This document shows positions 23,914 to 35,387 of a stretch of 48,438 nucleotides of DNA, piece after piece. The DNA comes from Folioceros fuciformis (taxonomy: Eukaryota). Made by a program: the position numbers and the translations under genes. Each line of letters starts with the position of its first letter. Positions within the stretch are counted from its first letter, which is position 1. The notes below the pieces were generated by a model that saw only the letters and a program-made list of their open reading frames with translations, was not told the DNA's origin and ran no database searches. The stretch covers positions 1 to 48,438 of the forward strand of contig JBNGIO010002947.1 in the NCBI GenBank assembly GCA_049999805.1, in the 5' to 3' direction.

Positions 23914-25154
23914 CCCAGGGTTCGGATTCCTCTCAGCGGGCACGAGGTCAAGCGTGCTGCCCCGAATCTCTTCGGGATCTCTTGAATAACCATGCACGCA
24001 ATTTCCCTGTTGCTGCAGTTATTGGAAATCAGGCTTTGTGGAACGTAGTGGCTAACTGATCCTTCACATGTGCGCGAAGGCTAGGTTGATACCTGCTGAA
24101 GCATGCCGCCATAGGAAATTCTGCAAAGGATCTCTGTTAAAATAAGCTTTCCTTCAATCTTTAGTTGGTCTCAGGATGTTGCAAGCCCGGCAGACTTCAC
24201 GGTTTCAATGCTTTCATGCATACTCTGTTCTACGAAGGATACTATTTTGATATTGCTACGGTTTCATTTGATTCATCTCTCGCATGCAAGCTTCTTAAAT
24301 CTCCACGTCGTAAGCCCGAAGCCCCGAGCTTCTGAAACTCCCCTACCTGCCGCGTGTGTCAACCAATCTTCGTCGAGCTGAGGCATTTATCTCTGCAACT
24401 TGCGTGCTTTCGCCTGAATGATTCTTGCTGCTTTCAGCGACTCTATCTGTTGTACAAGGGATATCAGCACTTAGTCCATCCACACATTGCTGCTCTTTGA
24501 GACATTCTTCATTTGCAGACGAAGCAGCAGTGAATCGCAGCGTGTAATCCATTGAGATTTCCCAAAAAACCGTTTTCCGCTTTCCGAGTGTCGCCCGTCC
24601 GACCGTGAAAAGAACTTTTGCGAGACAACTCTGAGAACCTTTGCGACCACTGTTCGGATCTTAGACGAGCGAACTGGTCGTCTTCTTCTTCCTGCTTCAA
24701 ATTCCAAGTTCAAATATCGGGCCGTGCCAGACGGAGGACAGCGACCGGGAACGACGGCTGAGTAGAGGGGTGGAGGGAGTGAAGTCCGCTTATTATCTAA
24801 TGAGCGGCAACCGCACTGCAAGGCGAGTTCAGAAGACGTAGCCTCCTCTGGTCAGCGAAGGAGCAGAAATCGCTCCGCACATGAAGAAGGAGCTGCAGGT
24901 GGCAGGCGCAAGGGCGTTGAAATGCGCGTCGTCAGGTGCGACATCTGGAATTAACAAAGGCATGGAAACTCCGTTGCCTGCTGCTGTACGTATCCCGAAA
25001 GGCTTTCTTTAAAGGCTTTCACGACCGCAACAGCTGGGAGTGTCGTAGCATGCAAGACATTCGGCCATAAACTTGAATCATTGCAGCTCGAGGCTGGCTA
25101 GTGTTGTTACATACGTAGGATGACTGGCCAAGCCACTTCGCGCAGGAACGCGCG

Positions 25155-25342
25155 AGGTTAAAAGTCCAAGCCACCTTGTGTGGGAAAGCCTTAGGGTGAA
25201 ATGTCAAGTCACTTTGGTCAGGAAAGCTTTAGGGTGACAGGCCATGCCACTTTGGTCAGGAAAGCTTTAGGGTGACAGGCCATGCCACTTTGGTCAGGAA
25301 AGCCTTAGGTTGAAAAGCCAAGGCCCTCTGTGCAGGAAAGCC
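25155..25342 (+). repeat. 38-bp tandem repeat (CACTTTGGTCAGGAAAGCTTTAGGGTGACAGGCCATGC), ~4-5 copies, central two identical
   Basis: Read directly. The central units carry TTTAGGG; outer units are degenerate. Confidence 0.8.
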
Positions 25343-25871
25343 TCGGTGCGAGCCGGGCTTCGCTCGCTCGCGCGCTCACGCGCTGAATGGGCGAGGGTGG
25401 ACTACCCAATCCAAGCGCCGCAGAAGGTGGGAGGTAGGAGTGCGAGTCGTCGATCGAGACGCGCATTATTCGGTGACTCATTCAATGGAGACACGCTGCC
25501 TGGAATGTGCCACAGCGGGTGATCGGGGCGGGAAGCGTTTCCACCGCACTGCGGGATTACAGGTGGGGGCTCGTCAATGTGCTCCTGGACCAGTCCACTG
25601 CATGGCACAAACTCACCTTCAAACCTTTTTTAATTGATCAAATATTCCAGCACAAAGAAGGGAAAAGATTCACCTTCCTGCCCGCAGAGGGGTCCGGAAC
25701 CGGAACCGACCTTCGAGGCTCCCACGTTGGAGGCCACATGTCCGCCGTGATTCCTGCTGCTGTGAAAATATAATGCATTATTGCCCCACAATAAATTTCA
25801 TTTATTTTATAGAACAAGGGTTTCGTGTATAAATCCATCGCCCGGCCTTATGCTCTGGTTGACAGGCATTC

Positions 25872-25960
25872 AATCCTAAACCCTAAATCCAAAACCCTAA
25901 ACTCTAAATCCTAATCCCCAAGCCCTAAAACCTAAACCTAAACCTAAACCTAAACCTAAA
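25872..25960 (+). repeat. Interstitial telomere-like tract: degenerate CCCTAAA followed by (CCTAAA)5
   Basis: aatcctaaaccctaaatccaaaaccctaaactctaaatcctaatccccaagccctaaaacctaaacctaaacctaaacctaaacctaaa. Confidence 0.8.
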
Positions 25961-26256
25961 TAATTTCAACTTAATAGTGGGCATGAATAAAATTGTCCTT
26001 GTCCTATTGCTTGGAAGAGAGCAAGTAAGCTCCCTTCCCATGCTAACTACTGCTTTGGGAAGAAAAAAAGCAGGAGTGATTGGCCTGAACAGGCTGAACA
26101 CGAACCACGAAGGGAAAGGAGGATCACCTACAGTTGCAGGTCTGCGTCGACGGGATATAGGATGAGCATGACTTTTTGGAGCAGCACGTCCTTGTGCACT
26201 TTCTGCTCTTGCCATAAAGACAACGATCACAAAAGAGGGTACGGGAGCAGGAGAAC

Positions 26257-28842
26257 TTAGATTTGTTCGAAATAACGATTCCGTTCCCAGTCCGTCACAG
26301 ACTGCAAAAAGGCCAGGTGCTCGGTGTGGAAGAAATGAGCATAGTGATGGTGGACGTCCTCTCCTAACAGCTGTTTCGCGAATGAGCTCTGCTGGAATGC
26401 TTCTACAGCTTCTCCCTGCAGGAAAAGTGGGGAACGAATGAAACCCAGAAAAAGCTACTCTCCAGAGGATGAGGCTTCCCGCAAGCATGTGAAGCTTACC
26501 AGAGACCGCGGAATGTTGAACAGGTCTTGAGAATTGACGTAGGCATCTCCCTTGTGTTGAGGCGGAGGCTCGATTTTGTTGCGAATGCCGTCCAGGCCTG
26601 ACCCCAGGGCGGCAGCGAAGGCCAAGTACGGGTTGCAGTCGGCCCCAGGTAATCGGCATTCCACCCTCAGGGACTTGCCTGATCCCAGTACTCTAAACGG
26701 CATGGTCCGGTTGTCAAGACTCCTGCGAGGTCCGTGTGAGATAGCCTGTTCGCGTTGCTGCACCCTTGTGGCCAATGAACCAACCGCATGAGCATGGTCT
26801 CAGATTCTTACCATGCAATCTGTGTTGGAGCCCAGCTTCCAGCTATGAACCGCTTGTAGGAGTTGACGGTTGGTGCATAGAACACCATCATTTCCCTCGT
26901 GTGCTTCATCCATCCGCCTAGGAACCACCGGAACTCGTCACTGCGAAACCACATGTAGAGTTCTGTTCAGTCACGACATTTTCTGAGCTGGAAATACGAT
27001 GTGACGAATCTTCCCATCATCCCCAACCTGCACGATAAGGAGTCCAGTTTGTTGTCACCCTGGAAGATGTTGGTCCCATCCCTCCACAGACTTAGGTGGA
27101 TGTGGGAGCTTGATCCGGGTTGGGATGAGTCAGGTTTGGCCATAAATGTCACAGACACTCCTAAAGACTCTGCAAGCTCCTTCAGGCACTGGATCATGGA
27201 GAGAGCAACATAACGACGTGAAATTGACTATTACCGTGATCCTAAATTGTCATGCTTTGTAGAAAGGAGGGTGACAACCCACCTGCTTGTACACTACATG
27301 ACGATCTGCCATCTCCAAGACTGTGCCGTATTTGACATTTAGCTCGTGCTGTCCGTGACCATATTCTCCCTTGCTGCAGTGATAATGGGGCAGACACTGC
27401 GTTAGGGGGGAGGGAGCGGGTAAGGGGTGGGGAGGGGGGGACAGTTCATCCAGATGATGTTAAAGCAGCCGTGAGGTTTGCAGACCGTACCTGTTCTCCA
27501 CAGGAACACCGGATGCTTCCAGGTGCTTCCGTGCCGGCCCTGCAGAAGTGGATCAGAGCAATGCACATGAGGCTGCTGAGGATCAGGAAGACGTTTTACG
27601 AGTCGTCAATACCATTGAAGAACTCCTCCCGTGTTCCTTGCAGGATGTGGTAGTCTTCGTTGTGCCACCCTGCAGGTCTCAACATCGCGTAGCCTTTCCC
27701 CTATCCAATTTCGGACCACGCTCAGAAGACCCCGCTGTACCATAATAAGACCCCGCTGTACCATAATTTTGTCGTGCAGGAGAGAAGTAGTTGTGTCCGT
27801 TACCTTGGCTTCCTCGTAGCTGTCTCGATAAATAAAATACTCTAGTTCTGATGCAGCCTTGGGAGTCAGATTTCCCAACTCCGTCGCAGCTGCAAGCTGA
27901 TTCCTCAGGACAGACCTCGGAGCATGAGGAGCCCACTCATGGGTCCTGTCATCCACTACATCACACAGCACCATTGCTGTTTTATCCAGCCTGCATGTAA
28001 ACAACAAGACAACATCTCAATCAAACTGAGCCACCAACATTTCTCTCAGACTTCCACGTAGCGGCTGAGTCTAGACTCACCAGCTTGCTACTCTCAGCGT
28101 GCTCATGTCAGGCACAAGATGGATGTCCCCATAGCCCAAGTCCCAGCTAGCAAACCTGTAACCCCGAACGGGCTGCATATCCATATCCGTAGCAAGCAGA
28201 TACGAACATGCATGTGTCCCATCTTCAACTGCACTACTCAGAAAGAATCCTGGTGTGTACCTAAATTCCCCAGACCAGACGAGATTCTGGTCAGATGGCC
28301 TTCATTTCAGCATCTTCAAGCCAAAGCTCAGCAGAACATGTTAGCCTTGAATTGATTTAACTTGCCTCTTGCCTACTGTTCGGCCATAGCAGTCTGTCAT
28401 ACCCACAACCACAGTTTCTATCTCCCCCTTGTCTGCCAGCTTCCGAAATTGCTCGAGTGTCAACATCCCCCTGACCTTCGATTCCGTTGCTGAGCTCACT
28501 GGCCTGCCAAAAACTCTGCTCCTGTACAGCCTGCGTCGTCGAATTCACACAAGGAACAGGAATCGTCATCTTTCGAAGCTCATAGTGGTTGGCTTGGAGT
28601 GGCCTTGGAGAGGCAGGCACCAGTGAAAAAGTGCGCATGCAATTCAGTCGTGACGGAATTTTGCCAACTGGCGCCTTCACTCAGGCATACCATGATGAAG
28701 CGGACGGAGTATAATGATCCCGAAACAGTCCTGATCGACAGTCTGAGGGACGCACTGTCCTTGAGATGCGAGAGAACCAGCGCACAGCTTGATCCGAAGA
28801 GGCCAGGTACTTGCGACAGAAGTTTTTCAAGGCAGCGGCCAT
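26257..28842 (-). CDS. Type I glutamine-synthetase-like gamma-glutamyl ligase (bacterial GlnA4/PuuA-like), intron-containing, with a probable mitochondrial presequence
   Basis: Spliced: MAAALKNFCRKYLASS...RWFSRISRTVR...GEIETVVVGMTDCYGRTVGKRYTPGFFL...SWDLGYGDIHLVPDMSTLR...ASELEYF...SKGEYGHGQHELN...TFMAKP...GSSSHIHLSL...APTVNSYKRF..GSWAPTQIAWSLDNRT..FRV...RVECRLPGADCNPYLA...VTDWERNRYFEQI*. Confidence 0.88.
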
Positions 28843-29116
28843 CGAGACTTTGGAGCATGCAACGCTGCAGCTCTAGACAAAAATGTGAAGCAAGGCGCTC
28901 GAAGGCTCAAAATTCCATGTCTGAAACGAAGATGCCGTCCTACATAAATCGTGGAATGATTCGTAGGATCGAAGGAAACATCGCCTGTCAAAATGAAACA
29001 TCACCTTCCTGGGTGGAAGGAAAAGCATGAGCGGTACACAGGGCACCTCCTCCTATGGAAAACATGTATCACAAAGATAAAATAAAACCCAACATCCAAG
29101 GCGCGTGAGAAAAAGA

Positions 29117-32100
29117 TTAGAAATTGTCGAATAGCATGATAGAATCGTCGAGTCTGATTAAGGAGGACTCCAGAACAAGAGCAACGCGCTTGATTCGGGC
29201 GGCCTTTTTGCGCTGGTTGTCGCTCACGTGTATCTGTGTTGCGTTCGCAGCTTGGTTCGCCAGCTGCTGCTGCCTCCTGGCCAACTCGATCACCTGCCAC
29301 ACAAGGACACGTGCTCAGTTCAGATTGCGTGAAGCCAAGGGGGCTGGTTGCCCACGTGACTACCACTGAGCTCAGACACGCACAAACCAGTACTCTCAGC
29401 ACAAGACTAAGTGAAAACGTCTTAGGTTCTCAGAGTGTGGATAGTTTCGTCATCATCGCCCCGATTTCGAGTTTCAGAAGTTGCTGGCCAAATTGAAAGC
29501 AGAGCTAACACGAAGGGCAGGCGGAATGGTCTTGTGTACAGTACCTCCTTTCCCTGCTCCAGTTCGTACTGAAGACGTTGACTGAGGTTGAACGCCGCGT
29601 GGGCCATGTCATCCCGTGCACGAGCGAAGGTCAGTGAATAGTTAACGTGCCAAAGATACATGGTCTTGGATGGGGCCCTGTCGGCGGTTTTCGGCACCTC
29701 CTGCACATGGCAAGTCAGACGAGACCACAGCTTTGCATCTGCATGAAGACGTGCACAGGGTTTGCACACAACGCACCTGAAGTGATATGTACTCCTCTTT
29801 ATACATACTGTACAGACGTTCTCGTGCATCCTTCACCGTCAAAAGAGTGTTGTCTGCAATCTAAGAATCAAGGACAGCAAAAACTTAGAAGTGCCTCCTG
29901 TCCACAACAAGCTTGCTCCAACCACATGCATGTCGTGTCAGAATGCAACCGGTAGGTTTCCAGATCCGGAATATGAGCGGTCACGGGTTGAGTCTCAACC
30001 TGCTTTTGATCTAGATGCCCTTTCATGGCCAGAAGCCTGAAAATCCGACAGCTTTCCCTTCCAAACCGCTGCAGCACGATACCCTCGACCTGCAACAACA
30101 GTTCTGGTGAGCAACTGCACGAATACAGGCGAGCTTAAGGAACAGAAACTGAGTCTTGTAAGCATCAATCACTACCTCGTTCTTCCGGGCTGCATCAAGA
30201 ATCTTGTGGAAGTCTAAGGAGATGTATGTCAAAGAAGTTGTACAGATATTTGCTTCATCGGGCACTAAGTTCCAAGGATTAGCACACCAAACGAAAGGCT
30301 TCCACAGTTAGCTCACAACATTCCTGTCCAAAAGGATACTGATAACATGTCGCATGTCTCCCAATCGCGTTACATAACCTACAGTTTGAGCAGACATCTG
30401 CTGCAACGCCCCCCTTACACGCTCCAAGGACAGCTCTTGGCCCCCCTCAGACTTTCTCGCAGCGGTCATTATATCATCCAAGGCTAATGCGGCTGCAGTG
30501 GCAAACATGCAGTAGCGGTCAACGAAGAAAAATGAATGACAACATTTCCGGTCAATGATGAAGAAGGGTCAGTCACCTGAGAATTTTTGATTGGAGGATA
30601 TATTTTCCTGTCCATTTAATAGTTCTACCATTGCCGCAAACACTGTGCCTGCTCCAGCATCAATTCTTGACCTAATTTGCGTTGTACATGCCTGGAGCCA
30701 AGTGAACACGGCATGTTACGAGATCCTTAATCGCTCCAAATCCAACCATTCCATCCAGTAGGCAAATCTCCTGGTAAATGTACTGTACCTCGAGACGGAA
30801 TCTTCGCATAAACTCCTCAAAGTTGACACGCCAAAGAACTTCCTTCTCATCAACCAAGGCCATGGTCTGTGCATCCATAGCTAGAGCGTCTCTCTTTCGC
30901 TGTCACAGACAAACTTTCGAGGTAAACGATCACTGTCAAAATTTCCCTCTTGAAGTCGCAGTATAAAAAGCCTGTATTTGCAGGCATAACCGTGGTCAGA
31001 TAAAGGGGAAGGGTGTTTGCCAAGTTGTTACCTTCTGACCTGTTGCATAAGCATCATTGTCGCCTGAGGCATTTTCGTTAACAGTAGGGCCAATTAATGA
31101 TGCAGGCAAGCGGAATCTTTCAGCCTCCAAAGGAGCTGCTGCTGCACATATTCGCTGTTCCTCCGACTCAAGCTGGTTCGCTGCTGCTAACGCAGCTCGT
31201 CCACGCTGCAGCAGCCTAAAAATTCAGAACAAGCAGTATGTGGCTGTTTCGAGAGGGGCGCCACAAAGAAGGAGAGAAGCTACTAACCGCGGCACCCCGA
31301 CCTGCTTTCTTGGGCGCTTCAGTAGCAGACTTGGGCAAAACTAGTGGCTCTGGAGCAGGACACCGCTCCACATAATGCGCACGTGCTATGGCACCAAATG
31401 TCTCCCTGACAGACGCCGCCACCTCACTTTGAGCTGTGCATGAAAACATCCGAAAGGTTCAGCATCGACGGCAAGGGGACAACTCACAAACTCGCACAAA
31501 CATCTCGTTCAGCACTTTCTACCTTTGTTGGTCCTCCCTGCAGCTCTTTGTATAAGCTGCTCCAAAGTAAGCCGTCCATGTTCCAGAAAACCTACAAATA
31601 GTTGCTCCGCCTGGGCATATTGACGAAAGACTCTGTCAACACTACCTCAGACAAAAAGAGTGAGGGAGAGTGACAACTTAACAAACCCACTTAGGAGGGA
31701 GACATACTTCTCCACCAAGATCCTTCTCCACAACATGCAGGAACTTTGGAAAGCGGAGACGGTGTAAGATGTAGTCCACCAGGGCGATGTATTTTGTGGA
31801 AGTTTTCGAATTCTCCACATCAACTGGTACACCGAAAGCAATAAATCAGCTCTGCTAGTGGAGCCTGAGAGAAAGAACATGGCAACACATCATCTCGACA
31901 GCCACGCCAAGTACTTGAGAATTGGAAGACCTACTCTGGATGACGACTTTAAATGCCTGAACACAATTGTGCTGAATGAGAATCAGAAGGCAGTTGCGAA
32001 CTTGCGACACACTCAACTCTGTGAAGCGAACAATTTCTGGTAAACTGGCCTGTCCCTTCGATACGACACACGTGCAGACTTTCTGCAACCAGGCCAGTCC

Positions 32101-32243
32101 GTCAGTCAGGACATGTCATCCTTGCGAATTAGCGGAGGAAAGAGGAAGAGCAAACAACCTAACCCTAGGCTCACCCGCACAATCTCGCCGAAGTGCGATT
32201 GAATCAGGCTAAAAGCAAGCTCCACTGCATGCGAGGTCACCAT
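29117..32243 (-). CDS. RPC3: DNA-directed RNA polymerase III subunit RPC3 (C62/C82), multi-exon
   Basis: MVTSHAVELAFSLIQSHFGEIV...VRNCLLILIQHNCV...HYVERCPAPEP...VLWRVNFEEF...VLQRFGRESCRIFRLL...QEVPKTADRAPSKTMYLWHV...LIRLDDSIMLFDNF*. Confidence 0.9.
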
Positions 32244-32617
32244 TGAGAATCAACATGTGCAGACCTGCTCCCAAATGCTTCGCTCCTCAGTCCGTTTTGC
32301 ACAAGCCACCAGCTCGCTCATCTGGCGTGCTCACGACAATGACAGCTTTCAGTTATACAGTGCTCTGCGCCGCCCCGCATATATAGATGTGGGGTTTACC
32401 AGGATTTAAGGATCTCTAAAGAAGGTTTCACAGGCCCAGGAATGAAACAGTTGGCTGGTCTGGACCCGAATCCGATCAAGCTAGAATCCTAGACAGGGAA
32501 AGGGGTTGCCTGGGTTGGTCGGCTGGTTCGAGGCAGTGGGCTTTGTCCGGTTTGGAGCTTGTTGGGCTGTAGCAGCTCGCTGCGTCGGTGATTGTGGTAT
32601 TCACAACAGTTTGGAAA

Positions 32618-35228
32618 ATGCCGCCTAAAGGAAAAGATGCGAAGAAGGGGAAGAAAGACCCCATGGCCTTGTTGCTGGAGGAGAACAAGACCGTCAAGCA
32701 ATCCCTCCTTGCTAAAGACCTTGAAATTGCGTGCGGCGCGGCGAAGATAAAGCAGCTAGAGGAGAGGTCGATGTACCTGTGTAATGTGAATGAGACACTC
32801 CGTCTGGAGGCCAAGACTGAGATTGATAAACTTCTGGACATCGTTGCGTTTCTGACGGGGTATGCGATGAGATGATCGTTGACATGGAAGCAGGAGGTGG
32901 ATTGGAAGACTCCCGTTGCAATTTCTGTCAGATTGTGTGTATGGAGGTTGTGTCCTTCTCAAAATACTTCTGTTGGCAGTGAGAGTAACTCTTGGAAATC
33001 CAAGTCGAATGCATTCGAGGCCGCTTGGGAGCAATTGAAGTTGGACCATGCTGCAATGATTGAGTCTTATAAGAAGCAGATTCATGACATGACAGACGCT
33101 CATGACTTTGCTTTGGCCAATCTGCAACTGCAACTGGATGATGCCAATGTGAAATTGCGCGACATGCATGACTTCTCGCTAAGGAGGGCAGCTATTGAGG
33201 CAGAGATCGCTGGGTATCTTACTTTCTTGGAATACCACTGGAAGACTGTCGGAGTCGGATTCTTGTTGGTGAGGTTTCATCTGACCACTTATCATTATGA
33301 GCAGGTTGAAGGAGACGCTTGACACAGAACGGAAGCAGCATGCAGAAGCAGTGCGCGATATTGAGTGCCACGCAGTGCAAGAGAAGGAGAGGCTGAAAAA
33401 GGAAATGAATCAAAGGATTGCCGAGACCAAGGAGGAGATGGAAAAACTCAACGACGCACAGTTGCATGCGGTCAGCATTCTCCTCCATTCGTGACTTGCA
33501 CGCGTTTCCTTGCAGACCAACCAGGTTTCAATCTTGTGGGACGTATCTGAAAGGATCTGAAACTTATGGGTCCTTCAGAAAACCAAGAAGGCGATTGCAG
33601 ACCACGAACACATGACCAAAGAGCTAGCATATCAAACCAGGCAGACCGAGCTACTTTTGCAAAAGAACGAGAAAATCGTCATGGAGAACATAGAGTTGCA
33701 TCGTACTGTTGACTTGGCACGAGAGGTATCTGCAACCCGTCTTTGTGGCTCTTTGAGATCACAAGGCCGTGTGACCGCTATGCTCCAGAAACGTAAGTTT
33801 CAGCACCAAGACTACTCTCTCAAAAGCTGATTCAGATCGGTGTGATGAACTTGTTCCCCAGATTGAGGATGACTTAGCAAGAAGAAATCACATGTATCAA
33901 AAGACGATGCGCATACTTGTCTTCAAGCTTCGAGGTAAGCACTTCCAGGAACATGTATTCTGAACACAATCAGGTCTGAGATCTCGTCACAACTCCATCC
34001 ACCTTTCGCAAAACCCCATTCCATGTCTCCAAAGCTGCAAAATAATGAGAGAGTTCCATTCAACAGCGCTGCAGACTTCAGAAGAACAACTGAAAAGAAT
34101 TCTGTACGATAATGATATAATCAACGCTGAAGCAGGGAAAGAAGAACAAGAGGTTATTAAGACTGTTAAACAGGCTCCTCAAAGGTGTCGTCCTATGTCC
34201 GCATTCAAGTTGTGATACTTACATGTTGCGTGATGGTTGCAGCTTATGGACTTGAAGCTCAAACACCTGCTGTCCGAAAATGCCAAGCATGCATCCAGTG
34301 TGGGGGAGGAGGCTATGAAGTTCTTGTATGCATGTCTGGAAGACATCGAAATGGAAAGGCTGGTCAAGAATTCTGCTGATGGCAACTACGTTGCTGACGA
34401 CGGTCAACCGTAAGTCAGCGCTTTGATTGTTGTCTCAATCCGAGGCGTCATTGGACGGATATTGAGCTCTCCTTTCATTTGCCTCTGCACATGCAGGCCT
34501 GAATTGATCCGTGCGTCATCAGATGCTGAGATGTGCAGGCTTGATCAACTCACTTTAGAACAGCGCCAGGGCTTTCTACAGTAAGCAAAGCCAATTTTAG
34601 AGCTCGAAACAGGTACTTCTCACTGCTGACACCCTGGCCAGTCTAATCACATGGGACTCCTGCTTCAGGAATCTGCTCCGCACAGCCATATCCATACGAG
34701 GAGTGTCAGCTGATTTAGGGAAAATGGACGCTTACCAGATACTCTCTTCAAGTAAGCTGGATTACAGCATAAACCTGGATTACTTCGTTGATGTATTCTT
34801 AAGGGTTGCGTATTAAGAAGGCGCAGGAGTCTCCTTTAGGGAACCACGGAGTATCACTAACCGACAGAAAATGTGCACGCAGCCGGCTCTACTGGTGCCA
34901 AGATTTCGGACGTCTCAGTGTCCGACATTCTCGCGCTTCCGTTTGAGAAGCTGAATCTGGATGAGCCCGTCAAGACTGGCAGCACGAACCTGAACCCAGT
35001 TCAAGTTGGGGTGCAAGTGATGGAAAGTGTACGTAAATGTGCTTCCTGTTGCTTTTCATCGGCGTTACCTATGCTGCTGCTGGTTAGTGGTAGTTACTAA
35101 CCACTGGTCATTTGCAGGAGCTTCCTTCGCTGGTGCCCCAACTAGTTCCAGAGCACCTCAAGTTCGAGCCAGTCATGCCACCCGACACAGCTGCCCTCAA
35201 AGCCAAAGCTGGTGGAGGAAGAGTGTGA
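32618..35228 (+). CDS. CFAP157: Cilia- and flagella-associated protein 157-like coiled-coil protein, multi-exon (3' exons less certain)
   Basis: MPPKGKDAKKGKK...DIVAFL...KLRDMHDF...AVQEKERLKKEMNQRI...KTKKAIADHEHMTKELAYQ...LARRNHMYQKTMRIL follows recalled CFAP157 (EIVAFL, SVLDKDRLRKEIIQRV, TTKRAIKEN, HQKIILML). Confidence 0.7.
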
Positions 35229-35387
35229 TGGCCAACAGAGGAACTGATCGAGGGACATTTTAGAAGTCCCACTCAGTTTCGAAGAAGGGATGCTTCCCTG
35301 TGTCTATGGGATCTCTCAGAGCTCGCCCTTCTCTTCTTGCAAAAAAGTCAAGTCAGTTCATATTGTACAGTTTGGTATAAGTACAGT

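Noticed and set aside
24343-24900. Fragmented coding-like frames on the minus strand
   Set aside because: Multiple stops and no recognisable family. It may be a pseudogene, but I cannot support that.
25155-25342. 38-bp repeats as a possible CRISPR array
   Set aside because: Units are head-to-tail without unique spacers, there are no cas genes, and the context is eukaryotic.
25350-25395. GCTCGCTCGCGCGCTCAC resembles an AAV ITR Rep-binding element
   Set aside because: Short, low-complexity match with no T-shaped palindrome and no Rep/Cap ORF nearby.
27726-27767. Exact 21-bp tandem duplication (AAGACCCCGCTGTACCATAAT)
   Set aside because: Lies inside an intron of the GS-like gene; ordinary slippage with no evident function.
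32244-32617. Head-to-head RPC3/CFAP157 spacer (~370 bp) as a special bidirectional promoter
   Set aside because: The spacing is ordinary for this gene density and the two functions are unrelated.
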